From: Planctomycetota bacterium | Lineage (GTDB): Bacteria; Planctomycetota; Planctomycetia; Planctomycetales; Planctomycetaceae | Length of the DNA stretch: 24,444 bases | Assembly: GCA_031403975.1 (NCBI GenBank) | Contig: JANNGQ010001329.1 | Coordinates: 1-24,444, forward strand | Reading direction: 5' to 3' | In this document: positions 17,900 through 24,444 of the stretch, piece after piece | How the letters are laid out: every line of letters starts with the position of its first letter | Position numbering within the stretch: position 1 is the first letter of the stretch | Notes under the pieces: model-generated | The model's database searches: none | What the model was told of the DNA's origin: nothing | The model's input: only the letters and a program-made list of their open reading frames with translations | Program-made: the position numbers and the translations under genes

Positions 17900-18012
17900 C
17901 AATGGCACTCACTTTGTGGAACAATTGTCCCCAATTGTTCATCCGGTCGCAGGCGGAACAGTTGAGACAACTGTTCTACACTGTGGCGAATCCGCCAAAG
18001 TGAGTGCCATTG
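17900..18012. other. 113-bp element with perfect 17-bp terminal inverted repeats and internal twin hairpins (MITE-like element or structured RNA)
   Basis: CAATGGCACTCACTTTG (17900-17916) / CAAAGTGAGTGCCATTG (17996-18012); internal GAACAATTG-TCCC-CAATTGTTC (17919-17940) and GAACAGTTG-AGA-CAACTGTTC (17956-17976). The structure is seen directly; its nature is unknown. Confidence 0.6.
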
Positions 18013-18164
18013 GGCTCACGCCACCGGCTGACGATGTACCGGGCTTCCAGCCCTGATGAAATGCGCAAAGTCAAAACTGACGCTTGAGGTTGCAAACAAG
18101 GCGGACAAACTCACGCTCTCAACGTCTTTCCGGATCGCGCACGTCAATTCACAATGAGCCGGTT

Positions 18165-21100
18165 TTACGGCACAAGCAAGCCATTGACGATGATCTGCCC
18201 GTTGTTCGAGCCGACCGGCATGAAGAACGGTACTTCAACAAAGTTGTTGCCGGGCAGTGCGCTCTGCAGGATGACAACCTGGTTATTGACGTTGCCGAAG
18301 ATGTTCACGACACCCGTGACCTGACTGAAGACAATACCTCGTTCCTGCGACGTGCCGAAGTCAGCAAAACCGATCCGGTTGCCATTGATCAGGAACTCGG
18401 AACTGGCAGCGGTCCTGACGATCTGAATGCCCGTAGCACCGTCTGCGTCTGACACAATATCGTTATTGACGATTGCCATACCAGTATTCTGTGCGAGCGT
18501 GAACCTGAGGGCCGTCGGACGTCCTCCGAAGGTCAGATTCCCCAGACCGTCATCAATCGTGATGTCGTTCTCGGCAATCCGGAAGTCCAGCGTGTCCATA
18601 ATGGCGGGACCGTCCAGACGAACATCCACGGCTCCCAGATTCTGAGTGACCGTGCTGACGTTGATCACATTGTTCTGAATCGACAGTTCAACCTGATCGG
18701 TGGTCGACCGCGTCCGGTAGCTGATTGCCTGCTGCTCGAACACTGAGACCATATCGAACTGATTGCCCTCAATGAAGGCGCGGACAGGACCATTCCAGTC
18801 AAAGATGTATGCATCATCATTCAGGCCGGAGCCGGCGGGTACTGATGTGTCTGAAACAGTAAATGTATTGCGGTAAAGTTCTGTCTGAATTGCTGCGCCG
18901 TTGGCGTTGGCACTCGACTGTCCGATGTTGATCACGTCGGTGGTATTGCTGATGAAGTCTGTATCCTGGATCAATACGAGGAACGGATCGTCCGCTTGAT
19001 CAAACCGGGTGATCGTATCCAGATCCAGCCGGACCGTGTAATCCAGCAGCATGGTCTCACGACCTGCCGTAGTGCTGTCGCCGTTGTTGTCGAATGTTGA
19101 ATTGTCGATCTCCAGCCCCATCAGATCGCGGCTGTCAAGGCCGCGTATGTCCGAATCAACCACTGTCGACGTCTCCAGCGTAAAACTCTGCTTTGTGCTA
19201 TCAGCCAGCCCGGGGACCGTTTCCGTGTTGCGGATATGCACGCCGAACTCGTTGTCATCCAGGAGCATTGCTCGCAGGCTCACCTGACCGGCATTGGACA
19301 GAAACACGGCCGCTGCATCTTCAATGTTTCCGATCGCATCGTCATCGAGGCCATTGCCCTTCGCACCGGAGATTGTACCTCCGTCTCCGGGAACGGCGTT
19401 GGTTGTGTTCGGATCGACGACAAACGTCTTGTTGTTCACCTTATTCGTTTCCACCAGCCGGATGCCATAGTCCGGTGCATCTGAACTGTTGACTGTGAGC
19501 AGATTAATCTCGATACCACTGTTTTCGATGTCCACAGCCGTTTCGTTTGTCGACAGAATATCGCCGGTGGAAATATTGATCAGAGTGTTGTCCAGTCCGA
19601 ACACTCCTGTACCATCGATCGAGTTAATGTCGACATCGTCAAATACGAGTGATCCCGTGTTGCTCTCGAGATGCAGACCCGCTCCGCCCGGGAGATTCCC
19701 CTGAGCGTTGTCGATGACTGCCACACGGAACCGGATATCCGCGGAGTTTCCGATTGCCTCGATGGCTGCCGACTGAGACGCCGGAACAAGATCATTCAGC
19801 ACGGTCGTCACATCACTCTGCAGATTTCCGAAATTGATCGTACCGGACGAGTTCAGGATCGAAATACCTTCCACCAGGCGTTCGGTAATCAGCGTGTTGC
19901 CCAGAAATGCTGCACTGCCGTTGTTTCCGGTGATCAGAATCGACTCCTGGTCGGTTCCTGCGACTGTGGTACCGCCAAGCACCGCGAAGTTACTTCCGAC
20001 CGCATTGTTGCTGAGCACGACGCCACTGCCGAAGCTCGCCCTCCCGCCGCCTGTGCCCTGAATCAGCAACGCTTCCTGGAAGCTGACAACGCTTCCGGCC
20101 AGTTGATCATGCACAGTCACACCGGCCTCTGCGCCGATGCCGGCACCAAGTCCGCTCACTGTAACGTCGCCGTTCAACGTGACACGACCACTGGACGTTC
20201 CGATGTCAATCCCCTCCGCATTGCGGGAGGTAATCAGAAGATCGTCTGAAAAGTTGACCGTACCGGTCATGTTGCTGACGAGGATACCCTGCGCCGCCGG
20301 ATTATCGATCGTGATCTGCGCCAGTTGAGTACTGGTCTTGCGGATGTTGTATGTGCCGGCACTGTTCAGAATCGAGATCCCGGAACCGGAACCGTTCGAG
20401 AGGCTCGGATTGTCGATCGTGGCCGCACCGCCGGTGTTGTTCTGAATGACGATTCCCAGGCCGCCGTCTGCCGTGACGGATGATCGGCTCATGTCGACGC
20501 GACCGCCGGTCATGTTTTCGATCAGGACAGCTTCCTGTGCCGATGTGCTGGTAATGGAGGACAGCAGAAACGTGTCGGTGTCACTGAAGTTGATCTGACC
20601 ATCGCCGCCGCTCACGCGGAACGTCGCGTCGCCCGCCGCGGCCGACGAAATCAGTGTCGTGTTGGTGATACTGGTCGTGTCCGTCGTGTTCAGCAGGGCG
20701 ATCGCTGATTGGCCTGCATTCACGATCCTGACATCGTTAATGATCGTGTTGGAAGCGGCGTTGCTGAAAATGCCGTTACCCGTCGGACTGTCGATGATGA
20801 ATCCTGAAAACTCGCTGCCGTTCGCCATCGTGACAGCATCACCGGCGGTGTTCAGAAGCATCGGACGCAGGAACCCGGGATTCGCCGCAAATGTCGGTGA
20901 GCTCGGCAGAAGCAGATTCAGCGTGCTGCCCAGTGCTCCGACCTGAACAGTGGTCTGAGTATTGCGGTTCGTCTGGATAAATCCTTCACCGATCAGCTTT
21001 TGATTCGGCAGCAGTGAAACGATGTTCTGAGGTGCCGCGCCGAACTGACTGCCGGCATGCACGAACACGATATCGGTTCCCGCCCCGAGTCCCGATGTCA

Positions 21101-22175
21101 GTGCCTGAAACGGATCCTCCACCGTGCCGCTGAATGGACCGATGACATCATTGCTGTTCACATGAGCCACCGTGAACGGCAGTCCGTTCGCCGGGTTGGT
21201 CGCAATCTGCCCGGGATTGTCGATCCCGCTCGTCGACACGGCAATATTCATGTTGCGGCGGACCGGATCTCGGAATCGCTGTATGGCCGATTTCGAAGTG
21301 TGTTCCTGGCTGGAGAATCCGCCGAAGTGAACCGTCGCATTGAAGGCCACGGTCGTGGCGAAGATTTTGTCGTCAGTGACCTTCAGCCCGAGTTCCAGCC
21401 ATTTCCCCACGTCTGCCTGAAGCCGCGTCGACCAGCCGCTGAAGCCGTCGAGGTTTTCGCCTTCGTAGAAATATCCGCCGCCGAAGGCCCGCACATCGAG
21501 CCGTTCCAAAAGTTCACCGGGCAGCAGAAAGCCGGCCTCCGCATCGAAACCCTGCAGCGCTTCCGCAAAAGTATCGACACGCGTGAATGTGATGTTGTTG
21601 CCGGCAAACGCCGCGCTGCCGGGGGCAATTGCCTGACCGACCAGATCGAAAGTAGTGCCGTAGGTCTGATAGACGTTGCCGCGTGCTTCCCAGCGATGCG
21701 CCAGGAGTTCCGCACCCGCTCCCCACTGCTGAAAATCCACTCCCGTAAGGTCGTCGTGGTCATAGTAACTGTTGCCGCCGATCACAACGTCCCAGTCACT
21801 GATGTAATGCCGGTAACCGCCGCCGAAGCTATAGGCCAGCCCGCCTTCATTCGCACGCACCAGCCGCGAATCGCCGAACAGCAAACCGTCGCCGATGTTG
21901 ACGTAGGGCATCAGTCCGATGTGAGTGATTGACTCGTCGCGGCCAACCGTGCTGCCGGCCGTATGACCGCCCCGAAAGGACATGCCCAGCCCGTTGCGAT
22001 TGGAATCCACAACGTCCGTCGCCGATCCGCTGGGCGCGCGACCGTAGCTGAACGGACCTTCCTGCGCAATTGTGGCTCCGGAAAGTGCCGCCTGCGTACT
22101 CATCGCCAGAGAAACCAGCGCGGCGGCTCGGGATAGTTTTCTCAGCCAGCGATTGGGTTTGCGAACGATCTTCAT
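18165..22175 (-). CDS. Inverse-autotransporter-like protein: N-terminal IAT beta-barrel followed by a long right-handed beta-helix-like passenger, 1336 aa
   Basis: GAGGA RBS before ATG 22175 and a signal-peptide-like N-terminus; LFGDSR...GLAYSFGGGYR...VIGGNSYYD...FQQWGAGAELL...EARGNVY and GFDAEAG..FGGGYFY..RFRDPVRRNMNI resemble invasin/intimin-type barrels; Asn/Gly/Ser/Thr/Ile-rich repeats follow. The ORF-track extension to 22466 reads through a REP element. Confidence 0.8.
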   Translation of the reverse strand: MKIVRKPNRWLRKLSRAAALVSLAMSTQAALSGATIAQEGPFSYGRAPSGSATDVVDSNRNGLGMSFRGGHTAGSTVGRDESITHIGLMPYVNIGDGLLFGDSRLVRANEGGLAYSFGGGYRHYISDWDVVIGGNSYYDHDDLTGVDFQQWGAGAELLAHRWEARGNVYQTYGTTFDLVGQAIAPGSAAFAGNNITFTRVDTFAEALQGFDAEAGFLLPGELLERLDVRAFGGGYFYEGENLDGFSGWSTRLQADVGKWLELGLKVTDDKIFATTVAFNATVHFGGFSSQEHTSKSAIQRFRDPVRRNMNIAVSTSGIDNPGQIATNPANGLPFTVAHVNSNDVIGPFSGTVEDPFQALTSGLGAGTDIVFVHAGSQFGAAPQNIVSLLPNQKLIGEGFIQTNRNTQTTVQVGALGSTLNLLLPSSPTFAANPGFLRPMLLNTAGDAVTMANGSEFSGFIIDSPTGNGIFSNAASNTIINDVRIVNAGQSAIALLNTTDTTSITNTTLISSAAAGDATFRVSGGDGQINFSDTDTFLLSSITSTSAQEAVLIENMTGGRVDMSRSSVTADGGLGIVIQNNTGGAATIDNPSLSNGSGSGISILNSAGTYNIRKTSTQLAQITIDNPAAQGILVSNMTGTVNFSDDLLITSRNAEGIDIGTSSGRVTLNGDVTVSGLGAGIGAEAGVTVHDQLAGSVVSFQEALLIQGTGGGRASFGSGVVLSNNAVGSNFAVLGGTTVAGTDQESILITGNNGSAAFLGNTLITERLVEGISILNSSGTINFGNLQSDVTTVLNDLVPASQSAAIEAIGNSADIRFRVAVIDNAQGNLPGGAGLHLESNTGSLVFDDVDINSIDGTGVFGLDNTLINISTGDILSTNETAVDIENSGIEINLLTVNSSDAPDYGIRLVETNKVNNKTFVVDPNTTNAVPGDGGTISGAKGNGLDDDAIGNIEDAAAVFLSNAGQVSLRAMLLDDNEFGVHIRNTETVPGLADSTKQSFTLETSTVVDSDIRGLDSRDLMGLEIDNSTFDNNGDSTTAGRETMLLDYTVRLDLDTITRFDQADDPFLVLIQDTDFISNTTDVINIGQSSANANGAAIQTELYRNTFTVSDTSVPAGSGLNDDAYIFDWNGPVRAFIEGNQFDMVSVFEQQAISYRTRSTTDQVELSIQNNVINVSTVTQNLGAVDVRLDGPAIMDTLDFRIAENDITIDDGLGNLTFGGRPTALRFTLAQNTGMAIVNNDIVSDADGATGIQIVRTAASSEFLINGNRIGFADFGTSQERGIVFSQVTGVVNIFGNVNNQVVILQSALPGNNFVEVPFFMPVGSNNGQIIVNGLLVP

Positions 22176-22380
22176 GACGTTCCTCAGACATGGACAGAGC
22201 ATCTCCGCCTGGAGATACGCCGCGTTTGTAACTCTGTCTGAATGCACCGGCAACAGGGCTTCACGGGGTGCAGCGGGCAAATCTTCGGACACCGAACCCC
22301 GTGCTGCGGCGCTTCTGCGGAAAGGCGGAACTGCGGTGTTCAACTCGGCAGATTCCGCCTGTTTCCCGGCCCCAAAATCT

Positions 22381-22440
22381 GTGGGGCAGGCTTCCAGCCT
22401 GCCTTGACCAGCGGCGCAACGGCAGGCTGGAAGCCTGCCC
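22381..22440. repeat. GTGG-type REP doublet directly after the decarboxylase stop codon
   Basis: GTGGGGCAGGCTTCCAGCCTGCC-N17-GGCAGGCTGGAAGCCTGCCC, with perfect inverted arms over 20 nt. Confidence 0.9.
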
Positions 22441-22449
22441 TGCGGTTCA

Positions 22450-24051
22450 CTACGCAACGTCTTCAATACTCGCGATGATGCGGTCGATCACGGCGGCGTC
22501 GGTTTTGGGGTTGAAGAAAACGGCTTTCCAGCCGGGAAGGCCAATTCCGTGCGGACTGTAACCGACGCTGCGGGAAAAACTGAGCCGCGCGTCCAGAGCC
22601 GGGTCCATTGTCGCCTCGCGCTTGTTGAACAGGCGACGGACTTCCTTCAGGTACTGCGTTCCCTCTTCAGCGGACAGTTCGCCCCGCTCGAAGCGATCAA
22701 AGATCTTTTTTGCGTCCCGCCCGCGAGGCAGTACCCACCAGCAGACGCTGGGTCCGGCGTTGTCGAGATTCAGTACTTTGCAGAATTCCAGCTGCTCGAT
22801 GCGTTCCTTGAGCTGCCTCGCCTGTTCCATGCTGTGAGCCACCAGCATCCGGTAACCGTTCATCCCGATACCGTTGAGTGATGCCATCACCGAATATGGC
22901 CCGATGCCCGGCCGCGAACATTCCAGCGTGAACAGCGCCGGGTCATGGCGATAGTCGGCTTCCGCGAAGTATGGGATGTCCTCCACGGTGCGGGCCAGCT
23001 TCGCCAGATCTTCGCGGCGATTCACAATGAAGGCACTTGACGGATAATGACCCCAGCCCATTTTATGGAAGTCGATCGTAACGGAATCCGCACTGCGAAA
23101 TCCGACCGTGGCTTTCTGAGTCTGCACGACCAGCGCCAGCGTCGCCGGACTGATTTCCAGCGGATTTTCGACGCTGTCATAATCGGTCAGAAAGCAGCTC
23201 ACCCAGCCCACGGCCGCATCGACGTGCAGATGCGGCTTGGTGACTCTGTACTCGGCGGCTTTGCGTTCGATGATCTCACGGATTGCGGCAATATCGTCAA
23301 CACCGAACGCATCGGTCGTTCCAAAGGTCGCAATCACAAACGCCACCAGCGTCTTCTGCTGATACAGAGCATCGAGCTTTGCTTCGAGCAGATCCAGCCG
23401 CATCGACATGCTGCGATCGGTCGGAATCGCATGCAGGTTCTCAATCCCGATTCCCAGCCATCCGGCCAGCGTGGCGTTCGAGTAATGCCCGGCCTCAGAC
23501 ACGATTCCCGCCAGCCGGGCGTCCCGCAGTCCCGTCCTCATCGCGCCCGGCAGAACCTTTTCGATTCCGATTTTGCCGCCGTACAGATTGGAGATCGTAC
23601 CACCGATCGTGAATACGCCCCATGGTGACTGAGTGTGATAGAAGATCAGATTGGCGAGCGCGGTGATCGACTTGACCTCCAGCTCATTCGATCGCAGACA
23701 GTACGTGTCCACGCACAGATTGGGATTCTTCAGCAGCGCCGCCAGCGATCCGACGAGCGATGCAAAATTCGGCGGGCCCTTGACGTTTTCCAGATGCAGC
23801 TTCGACTGCCAGCTGTCGGTGCCCCAGAAGAACGGAAAGATGGCATCCCTCGCATCCTTCAGATTACCGGGCAACGTGTGGATCTCCGGATTGGCCTGTG
23901 CGGTCTCATAATTCCGCGACATCAGCAACCCGGGCGGCAGCGATTGCTCGGCTTCGAGCGCCGACAGCATCTCACCGAAGATCTCCAGCAACTGCTTCCG
24001 GTCGCAGGTGAAGAACGTGTCAATCAGTGTCTGAAGTTTGACAGAGTCCAT
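22450..24051 (-). CDS. Group II PLP-dependent amino-acid decarboxylase (Pyridoxal_deC family), substrate unknown
   Basis: GVFTIGGTISNL, AGHYS, ATFGTTDAFGVDDI, HLHVDAAVG, DSVTIDFHKMGW (PLP lysine). Confidence 0.9.
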   Translation of the reverse strand: MDSVKLQTLIDTFFTCDRKQLLEIFGEMLSALEAEQSLPPGLLMSRNYETAQANPEIHTLPGNLKDARDAIFPFFWGTDSWQSKLHLENVKGPPNFASLVGSLAALLKNPNLCVDTYCLRSNELEVKSITALANLIFYHTQSPWGVFTIGGTISNLYGGKIGIEKVLPGAMRTGLRDARLAGIVSEAGHYSNATLAGWLGIGIENLHAIPTDRSMSMRLDLLEAKLDALYQQKTLVAFVIATFGTTDAFGVDDIAAIREIIERKAAEYRVTKPHLHVDAAVGWVSCFLTDYDSVENPLEISPATLALVVQTQKATVGFRSADSVTIDFHKMGWGHYPSSAFIVNRREDLAKLARTVEDIPYFAEADYRHDPALFTLECSRPGIGPYSVMASLNGIGMNGYRMLVAHSMEQARQLKERIEQLEFCKVLNLDNAGPSVCWWVLPRGRDAKKIFDRFERGELSAEEGTQYLKEVRRLFNKREATMDPALDARLSFSRSVGYSPHGIGLPGWKAVFFNPKTDAAVIDRIIASIEDVA

Positions 24052-24297
24052 GGATGTTGCTCGGGGCTACACGCATAAAACAGCGATGGTTGTCCGGTGA
24101 TCATACGCTCCGTCATGATCATACCGACAGTAGACGCCCGGCCGAGTTCTCGGACCATGTCCGTTGATCGTCGAAATCCAGATTGTACGGATGATTCTAC
24201 GGTCAGCTCGGCCGCAATCACCGGGTTCAATTCACTTGGCGAAAGTGATATTGTGAAGTCGCGGCAATTGCTTCCCGCGATCGAAACCGGAGCCACC

Positions 24298-24444
24298 ATG
24301 CCCACGCCCAGCATCGTTCGACAACTTGTTGAGCGATTCAACGACAACCGCAAGGACTACGAGCATCCGAGCTACGGGGAGACTGAGACGCGCCGTGAGT
24401 TCATCGATCCGCTGTTCAAGGCTCTGGGCTGGGACATCGACAAC
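24298..24444 (+). CDS. N-terminus of a probable restriction-modification enzyme (type IIG / HsdR_N-like nuclease region), partial
   Basis: GGAG RBS, then MPTPSIVRQLVERFNDNRKDYEHPSYGETETRREFIDPLFKALGWDIDN, open to the window edge. E...R..FIDP.F.ALGWD is typical of these N-termini. Not in the ORF track. Confidence 0.75.
   Translation, partial: MPTPSIVRQLVERFNDNRKDYEHPSYGETETRREFIDPLFKALGWDIDN

Noticed and set aside
17903-18009. CIRCE or sigma54 promoter reading of the TGGCACTC / GAGTGCCA arms
   Set aside because: The CIRCE-like half-sites are about 90 nt apart rather than 9; the sigma54 -12 position reads GT or GG instead of the conserved GC.
22176-22466. 97-aa N-terminal extension of the autotransporter ORF (and similar extensions at 14551-14673, 17193-17468 and 5391-5603)
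   Set aside because: These read through REP or intergenic DNA. For the autotransporter, PPC and DUF1549 genes the downstream ATG has an RBS and a signal-peptide-like sequence; for the LarA homolog family similarity begins only after 5390.
24024-24353. 109-aa minus-strand ORF at the right end
   Set aside because: Overlaps the better-supported plus-strand restriction-enzyme start and the decarboxylase start; no motifs.

Overview
The window looks like two unrelated DNAs joined at about 2530-2547. Bases 1 to ~2535 have a gammaproteobacterial gene set and lower GC. They carry an iron-containing alcohol dehydrogenase that runs off the left edge and is missing from the ORF track, a PilH-like single-domain response regulator, and the 3' half of zapE. 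From ~2539 to the end the DNA is typical Planctomycetota. It encodes a 5'-truncated DUF1559 protein, a LarA-family protein, a class B DnaJ, a DUF1570 putative lipoprotein, queF, a three-gene exported cytochrome-c-motif cluster (DUF1549/DUF1553, PPC-domain protein, PSCyt1-WD40), a 1336-aa inverse-autotransporter-like protein with a beta-helical passenger, a PLP-dependent decarboxylase, and the first 49 codons of a restriction-modification gene. Intergenic regions hold GTAG/GTGG-type REP doublets and a 35-bp tandem hairpin repeat. The most unusual non-coding item is a 113-bp element (17900-18012) with perfect 17-bp terminal inverted repeats, two co-varying internal hairpins and an embedded 33-codon ORF. 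All family assignments come from motif recognition by eye; no database searches were run.
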